Positions 57,101-64,000 of a stretch of DNA of 64,000 bases are shown piece by piece. Source of the stretch: Cyanidioschyzon merolae (Eukaryota). Under the pieces are notes generated by a model that was given only the letters and a program-made list of their open reading frames with translations, did no database searches and was not told where the DNA came from. The translations under genes were made by a program, and so were the position numbers. Positions within the stretch are counted from its first letter, which is position 1. Each line of letters begins with the position of its first letter. The stretch is from NCBI GenBank assembly GCA_000091205.1, contig AP006501.2; one strand, 5' to 3'.

Positions 57101-58208
57101 AGCCAATTGCCGCGGCGTTCACGCCACTCTTTCCCCAGAAAACAATGAGGTTGACCACGGAGATAAAGCCAGCGTACACAAATGCAATCGAATTGATGAT
57201 ATGCGATATCGCTTCCCAGAATGCATCCAGAGACTCTTGAAATGCCGGTGTGATCGAAGCGATTCGGTCAGCGGAGAACATCACGCCGAACACGGACACA
57301 GCCACAATGCCGCTGCAGCCGCAGGGCCCGTCTGCAACGTAGAACACCAGATACGCCATAACGAGTGTACTGCCGATCTCGATGGCAGCATCTCGCCAGA
57401 CGAGGCGAAGCAGCAGCAACGTCGGGATGCCCATCGCGATACCGATGAGGAAACCGCCACCTGCAAGACGGAAGAACTGCTCTACAAGGTAGCCAAAGGA
57501 GAGATTCGGATTCGGCATCAGACGAGAGAGGAAGACAATGAAGAGAGTGAATCCGGAACCGTCATTGAAAAGCGCCTCGCCCTGGATCATGACCTGGATA
57601 TGCTTCCGCACCGGCGTTTGGGAAAGCGTAAGCGCAACCGCAAGTGCATCCGTTGGCGAAATGAGCGCCCCAAAGAGCCAGCCAGCATCGAAGCTCCAAC
57701 CGGCTGTACCGAACACGTACGTGGTGAATGCCGCCACAATCGCCGCCGAAATGAAAACCAAGATAATGCTTAGCGCGAATTGATGGGGAATGGTATGTTT
57801 CACGACCCACCAGTCAAGATACATGGCGCTCTCGAAGAGAATCGGCGGGAACAGGATGTAGTACAGGATCGTCGGTTTGTCGACGCTTACCCATAGCCGC
57901 AGTGACTCTGACAATTCACCCAGAGGTAGGTAACAACCAGCGACCCCGAAAACACCGCCAAGAATGACAAGCGGAACGGTATACGGTAAGGTCAGTCGGT
58001 ATCGAATGAAAAGGCCGCGAATGATGTACGAGAAGAGCACTGCCAGGAGTGGAAACAGCAGTACCGTGAAAAGCGACGGTGTTCCGGTACGAAAGCCGCG
58101 GCAGGTATTGAATATGGCTGCATCCTCGCTGGTGCTATTCGCGGCGTGAATCACTTGTGTTTGAAGTGCGGTGAGCTTCGAAGCCAACCCCTCAAACGAC
58201 GTATGCAT
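51138..58208 (-). CDS. Na+/H+ exchanger (CPA1/NHE family) paralog 2 with a giant C-terminal extension containing CNBD-like segments; 2356 aa
   Basis: The N-terminal NHE domain is collinear with paralog 1 (FTVLLFPLLAVLFSYIIRGLFIRYRLTLPYTVPLVILGGVFGVAGCYL.. vs FMILLFPILAVLLAYAFKSVLDHYRLPVPYTFPLVIAGGIFGVAGCYL..). Shared downstream blocks include ESRRRTLLAVRANVQKQHLIGSIS, GWGLRRYERL.. and LLDQIDMRREALQRVSVRFPAP. It contains poly-Q, poly-T and poly-A runs from trinucleotide repeats. Confidence 0.8.
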   Translation of the reverse strand: MHTSFEGLASKLTALQTQVIHAANSTSEDAAIFNTCRGFRTGTPSLFTVLLFPLLAVLFSYIIRGLFIRYRLTLPYTVPLVILGGVFGVAGCYLPLGELSESLRLWVSVDKPTILYYILFPPILFESAMYLDWWVVKHTIPHQFALSIILVFISAAIVAAFTTYVFGTAGWSFDAGWLFGALISPTDALAVALTLSQTPVRKHIQVMIQGEALFNDGSGFTLFIVFLSRLMPNPNLSFGYLVEQFFRLAGGGFLIGIAMGIPTLLLLRLVWRDAAIEIGSTLVMAYLVFYVADGPCGCSGIVAVSVFGVMFSADRIASITPAFQESLDAFWEAISHIINSIAFVYAGFISVVNLIVFWGKSGVNAAAIGYGVALYPVTYLCRVVAVVALFPILRTGRYGASWREAILIVHCGLRGAISLIAAQIVFHTPSIRGSTVVSARVQLWTSMIVLLTLLFQGTTVRQVAAWLGLLSQSAAEVRLFRLQVRRLHRQAKEALREMQKHSRFVHANWGFVEEAAILPYKLDELLLSAGRVRARIRHLAARYTKAAAGNDPPASLNGEQAPGYGVAPPGQATPPTGPREPDCASRSPESSSLDPGDDANSGTTSSSAPVPWSNAEAIWKARLRQPDAAGTPAPDKTATGASRVSSLPPGPVPDTGNPARAVRTPEPEPLPEESLPSLAHWLTRFPLERKLGDSPAFSRLLMESRRRTLLAVRANVQKQHLIGSISRVTYRLLDSVTDYVNDKVCLAPHTGTLRLCEGSQKAGWGLRRYERLAIHVLGRVRFLDRLALALLHRRLFVGYDVLSGLAVALAQAWRSRYSECMRALHSLLRHEKSEPHPRAVLLLTMILHANAQVLQELEHDLQRCEQHLRSMRILSLETVRSVESLRAAAVMLSRQERLLEIMYAEGLLTKREFRGLLDQIDMRREALQRVSVRFPAPSFEKRIEAGIRRWFQPAAPMFHETQSPGSKPVLATASSSAGGTPKTTTTTTTTTGASFAPAGATSVQTSAPAAAATAATTSTSITERLLDGGLNSASAQAYRLYVAFRQAGHVRSLLLGERLQASFQLPDAVILVAHGVLELRWYWSRTQHIASGRARLPLGFGRPRTAVSYPPQQRQAPETHSRRHSQQRRSAHPGPAPHLVLSEPDLEAAQPTSALPAVSPVCTRCRDTAPCHVHEEQQSTCTEATTCLLSPSGTAIDMPMTQAIARLISRDQHQAEEALRATSERLAVAAATFTGELATDSATGVLVAKAPAADAARQVPDGAPATSGLRRWWQQQQQQQQEQQQHHQKQRWWRRRWPWWERLRGRRRQSSQGDGEQRDAQQKQLPARLFEPASRDAEHAVPGTSSEALTVAPHDWISGDGKDASGVTDGKREGAACRRADAMRSNRTWTNNNNISSNNRNHCGDHRNTGAHQSRSSTARCATGTPPSAMRPGTDLVEWDDDEGEDALEGEALETESAVLDATPGALLVASSWSAAAPEQERLTLATSPSQCTAAEGLLPLPEYEVVSLLRHDDPLRNVHGVGGVLFAHRYPYELVVASPVANVLLIPRQAFQQLVSSERGWWQEALRLGAAELVDALIPGLETFFSELYQIAVTEDGNGNSLHALQRPHSEHMAESVTCPELSLRNAALTESEQRAAALVTMTTTAAAGIPSKSAGGNAAIATTPLAASGVPLDTRAPTRPEPTTPAPTTLVDRQPLVLGERPETGASTEAGSHSAAARPTRRPLLPPRQDSFTMYDYLQRSDQAAPWWLDASRSTDDRANLRYQVYVTGALAWYGLYERVYHVHEGICAVNVPLLEPATPSLILILLTGTLEIRPTSAYGAQILQDAFVPETGSDTPAGPWLQRYRAPLMPTASSQTGTGVERGSASPAAEREHESAVTGEADVQPAGGIRSADASRRVDTKPRRWLLLPDGMPPAKLLVLRGAAIPSLLQFLSNHEKASVASVALHQANDATLPQQRLRPGSTSSDGNGSTGTGKITDSGGNRSSLSGDAPSPLSEWQTWAGRVSAPAVLRLDHFAASCARPCEDVALFAAAASDRNDAVASAVSKTATSPCFLWMDLNQPLLQKERKRLVQSALRLQRLAAARERVSSRRGRGAQRLSTTTAPMSDTSRISKPSEVDQPGNTVPADIMCAGTDALHPTCSDGSSGERFIGQAAGESGTRPGLLRSWTLPSGMVSLTETFPSESADRERSEQTRGHAGSIAGPWMRQFEQKHRTETETELEQQLWRHRHTRPPRRSRSELVDILANYSEEVANPVEDTGLQLLFEESATGTPVVYRGGSTGQAPPWQTRDLRETHRSVSDTVLEGSSSFLSAEQDAGSIPAVTDPASEVLESNTPDRRQLERDAELMAREHMF

Positions 58209-59048
58209 TCGCGCTCGGTACGCGGGTGCGGTTCTTTGACCGGAGCGCCGTCCTCGCTGCGACCGCTTCCACCCGAACGCGTCGCAACTCGCGAGAAGCA
58301 GTGCTCTTACCCCTCGTACGTGCCGTTTGCGGTGCAGAACGCGCCTCGATGAGGCGGTGTCTCCAGCGAGACTTTTGAAAAGGACAGCGGTCGACTGCTC
58401 GTTTCGAGTGCTCGCTTAGTGAAGACGGTGACTCCGGTCGTGATGAACGCCCTGATTTACAAACGGAAGTCGTCAAGCTGTATGCACAGACACACTTGGA
58501 TAAAAGTGTGGGCGCTTTATCCGCGGGTCCTCTTTTGACGCTGAACGTCGAGGCTCCAGTCGGTGCCGATTTTGCGGCGTTCCTCGGCAGAGCAGTGTGC
58601 GCGGGTACGAGGTGGTACGACGGGAACGGGCCTCAACGATGGCCTCGTGCTGCTTGTCCAATTATAGACATTTGTGTCCCAAATAGAACAGATTTATCCG
58701 GGATCCAGGTGAGCCAGCAGCGTTTCGTTCATACAATCATGCGGGCACCGTACGCCATCTATCCTCGTTCAGGTCTATTTCGATTCGTCACAGAGGCCGA
58801 TGATCCTCAATGCTTTCGTTCGCTGGCTTGTTCAGGCGTACGCGGTTCGTACTGGCCATCTCGTGTGCGAGCTCATGCCCGAGCTCTGGCGCGGGATGCG
58901 CGCACTGCGGATACATGGTGCGTCGACGAATGCTGCAAATGCAATACGCTCTTTTTGCTCAAGGATATTGTATGGAAGCAACGGGAATTGATGAAATTGT
59001 ATACGATTCATTGCATCGGTGTTCGTTGACCGCGAAAGAAATCTCTAA

Positions 59049-59792
59049 CTAGGGAATCTTTTGTAGCTGCCTCGGTGGGGCAGCTACAACGACCTGGGAG
59101 GTACGACAGAGTGGCTCCAACTGGAATCTAGAATGTGCAGCGTGCACCGGGCGCTCGTCCAGCGTTTTGGAACGCTTCCTATGGCGTGGCGTACCGGAGA
59201 CCAGCACCACTGAAGACTCTGATACGCATACGAGGCAGCATCGCGACACCAAGCGATGAGATTCGGACGGTAGATATGCGCAGAGCAGTACAGCGAGCGA
59301 GCCTTCGAGACTCGTACGCTGCCGCTGGTCGTTGGCTAGGATAGATAGCATGTGCAGCTGCGCCGTCCCGACACCGCCAGCCACGAGACGCATCGGTGCG
59401 CGCCCAGGTTGGAGGCGAGGCTCGTGCGCAGCTCGAACACCCCCACGGCTTTTCGCAGGGCCTCGTACCCATTCAAAGTCGCATACGGAGCAGCACAGCT
59501 TCGAGCTCTCCAGATGAAAGCCAGCAAAGAAGGGAGCTCTTCCCAATTGCGTTGATATCGCTCTATGAGAAGCCTCATGGGACGATGCCCGCTGGTCGCA
59601 GCCCGGGGCAAACGAGTCTGGTTCACACGTGACCTGATCCCCAGCAGATAACCTAGACGAATCCCATGGGCGGCGAGAATCTCCCTGAACGTACGCATCA
59701 AAGGCGCCAGTGTCTCGCCGCATCTCCGCGCTCATGCGATGCACCGTGCCGATCACGCGTTCGTCAACACGCATCGTTGCGTTTGAGTACAT
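59049..59792 (-). CDS. Hypothetical ORF (247 aa) of unknown function
   Basis: Supported only by ORF length in a GC-rich context; I recognised no motif. A comparable ORF exists on the opposite strand (58496..59029 +), so coding status is uncertain. Confidence 0.2.
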   Translation of the reverse strand: MYSNATMRVDERVIGTVHRMSAEMRRDTGAFDAYVQGDSRRPWDSSRLSAGDQVTCEPDSFAPGCDQRASSHEASHRAISTQLGRAPFFAGFHLESSKLCCSVCDFEWVRGPAKSRGGVRAAHEPRLQPGRAPMRLVAGGVGTAQLHMLSILANDQRQRTSLEGSLAVLLCAYLPSESHRLVSRCCLVCVSESSVVLVSGTPRHRKRSKTLDERPVHAAHSRFQLEPLCRTSQVVVAAPPRQLQKIP

Positions 59793-61079
59793 AATTTCGT
59801 TCTTTTCCGCCAGACAGGGATAACGATCATCCGGGATTCTACACCTCCACTTTCATAACTTTCTGTTATTTTTTTATTCATGAAAACGAACCCACTTCGA
59901 ACGCGTCTACTATAAACCCCGAAAAATCACTTGAATACACGCACTTAAGGGTTGACACACAATTGAGATCGAAAAATATCCTTTGCTATGGCGTTAACAC
60001 AAATACATCGTGAACGTTAGAGCAGCACGATAGTGATCAGGCTCGTGTTCTCTTCAATGGCGAGACGCGCGTCGTATCTCATGCCTGCAAGACATAGAGG
60101 TGCGCGTATCGAGCGCACCATAGAAAAAAAAGAACTGAAACGAGTTACTAACTAACAACTCGATGAGACTTTCTTTCCCAATCTATAGTAAACGTTGAAC
60201 GGAGAAAAACCTTTCCGTATTGTTGATAGTTTACCTTATAGGTGGCAAGTCCCGCGACCCGAACGAGTCTGCCGGGGAAGTGGCTTACGCGAATCTGCAG
60301 CGGCGGGTGCAGTGGAGCGACTTGGCCAGCTCATCTGAAAAGCAGTTTATCCTGAGACTAGGAGCTGGTAGCCTGCGTCTGGGCACTGCCCAAGTCGCCA
60401 TGCACTCCCAGCAGCAGATTGCTTCGCGCTGCCACAGGCAACACGCCTGTCTGCGCAGCCTGCTGGCTTCCAGAATGCTTACGCGCTCCAACCCCGTGTT
60501 AGATGAATGACGCCTCGAGCCGACGCCCTCAGCATTATGGCAAAGCCGTTCTGTCTCCGTGATGCACCGGTTCAAGCGGTTTAGGTGCTGACGCGGGAGC
60601 AGCAAGACAGATTATGCACACGATACAACGCACAAATCGACTAGTACATCCGACAGGAAGAATGGGCAATGGAACTTGGGGGTAGGTTGCATCATGATGG
60701 ACGCTTTCCCGAAGGCCAATACCCAATTCGCAGCCTCGGCTCCATGGTCTATGTAGACGATTTTATCGAATCGAGAAAAAATCGCATCGCCGCCGCCGCC
60801 GCCGCCGCGATGCGTGCCCTGCCAAGGCACGCTGTCAGAACAAATACAGCTTTGACTCAAATTTGTTGGACGTAGCGCCATTCGTGGACACGTGTCCCGA
60901 AGGCACGCCGGAGCGCGCAGCCCGATCACAAGTGGACACGAGCAGTTGCGTCGCACCACCGCCGTCGCCATGCTGAACCGCTAGGCCGCGCGAGCTGTTC
61001 CAGGTGGCGCTGCATTCGCTTCTTGGAGAAGGCATTGTGCTCGTGGTCAGAGTGAAGCACAGGTACTCCATAGACACAG

Positions 61080-62267
61080 ATGGCTAGCTCCGGACCTGTA
61101 TGCAACACCTTGGGGGTGAACAACTACAGTAACCCCTTGCATATCGCTGGTCTGTTCGTGATTCTCTGCGGAGGTTTCCTCGGCGCCTTCCTGCCAGTTG
61201 CTGCCAAGCGTTACCCGTGGCTGCGAATCCCTGGTATGGTTCTCCAGCTTGGTCGTGCTTTCGGTACTGGCGTCGTGATCGCCACAGGGTTTGTGCATAT
61301 GATGCCGCCTGCCTTGGCAAACCTGAGCGACGCTTGTCTGCCGGGGTTCTTCACCGACACGTACAACTCGCTTGGAGCGGCGATCGCGCTGGGCGCAGCG
61401 CTCTTCATGCAGTTACTCGAGTTCAGCGGGCGAGTTTATATTGGACGCTACATGGATCGAATTATTGCTGAGCACGCAGCGGCTCGAAAAGCGCTGGCGT
61501 TTTCGGCGAAACAAGCGCACGCTCAAGTGCCTTCGGAGGAAGGCACGCTCGCAGCGCTTGCGCCCGACCCCGAAGCCGGCACACTTCAGGGAGCCAGCGC
61601 TCTGCAACCAGACAACGCTGAAAGCATTCAGCCGTCACCAGGCTCTGAGTTGTGCGCCTGCGCGGTAGAAGAGCCGGTTGTGAAAACGCAATTAATGCAC
61701 AGCGAAGGTTCGGCGCTTTGCTCCCTAGCACTGAGCGACGAGGATCGCTCGGATGAAAAGAAGCTTCTCGATAAGGCAGAGCTGCGCAACCTGAAGCTCA
61801 TTGTGATTATTTTCGAGTTCGGCGTCGCTGTGCACTCGGTCATCGTGGGGCTGGACTTTGGCGTCAGTACTGGACAAACGGCGGTGACGCTCTTTGCTGC
61901 GCTCATTTTCCATCAGTTTTTCGAGGGTGTGGCGCTCGGAACGACGATTTCCGAGGCCGGTTTCGCCTGGTGGCTCGTCATGCTCATGGTGATATCGTTT
62001 GCGCTCGAGACTCCAGTTGGAACCGCGATCGGCATGGGCATTTCGCGGGCCTACAACCCGAACTCGGTGGCCTCGCTGGTGATCCGCGGCGTTCTCGATG
62101 GACTCTCCGCAGGTATCCTAATCTATACAGGTCTGGTGGACCTGTTGACTTACCGGTTTACGCTGAACACGGAGCTCCATAAGCAGCAGCTAGTCTGGGT
62201 TGTTCTGACGATCGCGTTCGTCTGGGCCGGGGCCATCGGCATGAGCATCATTGGGGCTTGGATCTAA
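61080..62267 (+). CDS. ZIP family (ZRT/IRT-like) zinc/iron permease
   Basis: 395 aa with an ATG start and multiple TM segments. ZIP signature motifs HSVIVGLDFG and FHQFFEGVALG are present, with a variable cytoplasmic loop (residues ~120-230) between TM3 and TM4. Confidence 0.85.
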   Translation: MASSGPVCNTLGVNNYSNPLHIAGLFVILCGGFLGAFLPVAAKRYPWLRIPGMVLQLGRAFGTGVVIATGFVHMMPPALANLSDACLPGFFTDTYNSLGAAIALGAALFMQLLEFSGRVYIGRYMDRIIAEHAAARKALAFSAKQAHAQVPSEEGTLAALAPDPEAGTLQGASALQPDNAESIQPSPGSELCACAVEEPVVKTQLMHSEGSALCSLALSDEDRSDEKKLLDKAELRNLKLIVIIFEFGVAVHSVIVGLDFGVSTGQTAVTLFAALIFHQFFEGVALGTTISEAGFAWWLVMLMVISFALETPVGTAIGMGISRAYNPNSVASLVIRGVLDGLSAGILIYTGLVDLLTYRFTLNTELHKQQLVWVVLTIAFVWAGAIGMSIIGAWI

Positions 62268-62304
62268 GAGTAGCCGCTTTGGACGCTTTACGCAGACTCA
62301 CACG

Positions 62305-62322
62305 CTGTGTGTGTGTGTGTGT
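62305..62322. repeat. (GT)9 dinucleotide microsatellite in the ZIP 3' flank
   Basis: tgtgtgtgtgtgtgtgtg read directly. Confidence 0.9.
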
Positions 62323-64000
62323 GCATCGTAGTCCAGGAACGACGGAGCAAACATGCTAAGCGCAGCAATACGGAGCGTTTGTCGGGAGTCTTCAATGAAT
62401 CAAGGAGGAAAAATGCACCGCGTGGCTTCCGGTCAGCTGTTTTCGATCATGGACCTCGGTGCGCAGTGGACGCCTGCAAGCTGCCGTCGCTTCTCGGGGG
62501 TGTTCCTTCCTGTGCGTCCGATTGAATCCATCCTTCCCCATGAATCCATTTGAAGAAGCCGGAAATCGCCCAGGTCGGCACGTGCCTTTTCTCATTTCTC
62601 ATCGTCGTGAACAAAGTGCAGGCTTGTTTCTTCGGAAACGAAAGGAGGCTGTGCGAGGCCGCACAAGTCGCTATGTCGCGAGGCGTGCGCGCCCAAGCCC
62701 ACGATACTACTTCGTTTGCAAAATACTGAGTAGCGTTGTTTTCTATGAGAAAGATCGTTGTATGGACAGATGTATGGAAGAAGAAGACTTGATAAGTTCG
62801 AGAACATTAAACTGGCGCCCAACGGCCCGTTTCGGAATGAACACGATATCACTTGGTAAAGACGCAACGATTGGCTATGGACAATAGACTCCTAACTGGA
62901 GCAATCATCGCTGCATGCCGTACATCTCGGGTCGTGCAGGCTTCGGCGTTGGTCCTCGCCACCAGGAAAGCACGCTGTCGAGCGTTGTTCTCCCCGTCGT
63001 CGGAACCATGCACTTGAAGAAGCCTTCCAAGGACAGGGTGCTACTGCCGGAGCATGGTCGACCCGATGAACCTCAGCTCAGTCCACAAAGGCAAGACTCG
63101 CAGCACGAGACACCGGACCAGGCCCTCCTGGTACCACACCGGAGCTGCTCGCCACCGTTGCTGTGCTAGACCTCTACGACTTGTTCACTGCGTCACATAC
63201 GCAAAGTATGCGTGCGTTCCTGAATTGAGGCGGGAAACTCTTTTCCTTCTCGTAGATCTTTCCTACTCAAAGACGAGCTGCCAGGGAAACGCAGGTAGAC
63301 GTCGATCCGCAGGCAGCGCGCAAGCTGTGAACCACCACCATCACCACAAAGAAGCACAGAACGAGCTCGAGCGGCGTGGAGTCGAATAGCGGAACGCTGC
63401 ACGTTGCAGTGCAACTCGAGTGCGGTCCGGTGTACAAGCACAGCGCTGGCAAGCGTCTTGCAGAGTGAGGCGTCGCAAAGCAGGTCAACGAAGTGGTTCA
63501 GCGACGTGCGACCACAGCGACGAACCGCTTGGCTCGCCAGACGAACGCTGCAACGCACCTGGCGCTTTGGAGCAGGTATCAAACGAGCTCGTCACCATTT
63601 ACTCGATAGTGTCAAGTTTTGGCAGAGGACGCGTCTCAAGTCACGAGCGTCAGAGATGAGACGCTCGTTCCGGGCGAGCCCGTCTCTACAAGTTGGTGTT
63701 GTTCCCGGTCAGTAAGCAACAACCGCTCTTTTCGGCGTTACGTATAGGGTATGCAACACCCCGAAACGACCCGCTACGGATACCACGCGCGCCGAAACCC
63801 CACGTCCACCATTCCTGCACAAGTAGGGCCCTGTCATACCATTCGCTTGTGGAATACAGCGACCATGTGGATACTTGCGCTTCGCTCCTGCTAGCTCTGG
63901 GGAGCCGTGCGCACGCCCAGCATGCCTAGGATACGGGCGGGAATACCTCAGTTTCAATTTTGCGCAGCATGGGTTCTAGCTGATCATCGCGAATACGGTA

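Noticed and set aside
42655-58208. Reading the large same-strand ORFs as a prokaryotic operon or phage segment
   Set aside because: The proteins are eukaryote-specific (NHE with cytoplasmic regulatory tail, TAF12, ESF1, NCoR-type SANT, GRF-finger APN2). Trinucleotide-repeat-encoded homopolymer tracts and mitochondrial presequences argue for a eukaryotic nuclear genome.

Overview
This window reads as gene-dense, intron-poor nuclear DNA from a GC-rich eukaryote, probably a stramenopile/oomycete-like protist; I cannot fix the taxon, and nothing here looks prokaryotic. I recognised these single-exon genes from motifs in the translated ORFs:
- Sec61-beta, 1502-1717 (+).
- ESF1 (NUC153 family), 3925-5778 (-).
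- Mitochondrial ribosomal protein L47/uL29m, 6870-7433 (-).
- A 735-aa hypothetical protein, 12644-14851 (+).
- An ATPase-inhibitor IF1-like protein, 19904-20299 (-).
- TAF12, 22068-22523 (+).
- An NF-X1-type zinc-finger/R3H protein, 22924-25371 (-).
- A divergent Ser/Thr kinase, 25927-27135 (+).
- An N-CoR/Snt1-like SANT-domain protein, 28309-30279 (-).
- APN2-type AP endonuclease with a C-terminal GRF zinc finger, 30865-33723 (-).
- A 428-aa hypothetical membrane protein, 37527-38813 (-).
- Two giant tandem paralogous Na+/H+ exchangers (2064 aa and 2356 aa) with long C-terminal extensions carrying cyclic-nucleotide-binding-like segments, 42655-48849 and 51138-58208 (-).
- A ZIP metal transporter, 61080-62267 (+).
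The repeat structure is a near-identical direct repeat pair (1-1272 and 18359-19633), a near-identical 1.8-kb inverted repeat pair (9219-11023 and 40309-42112), a 96-bp tandem array (27950-28232), an 87-bp satellite between the two exchanger genes (49150-49590) and several trinucleotide or dinucleotide microsatellites. The most unusual content is a decayed Tc1/mariner-like DDE transposon remnant at about 15680-17630 (-) that carries a TnpB/Fanzor-like RuvC-III (NRDxNNAxNI) remnant, and a second, shorter homologous TnpB-like relic at 36425-36788 (-). I have no database access, so every functional call rests on motif recognition and needs an HMM or BLAST check.
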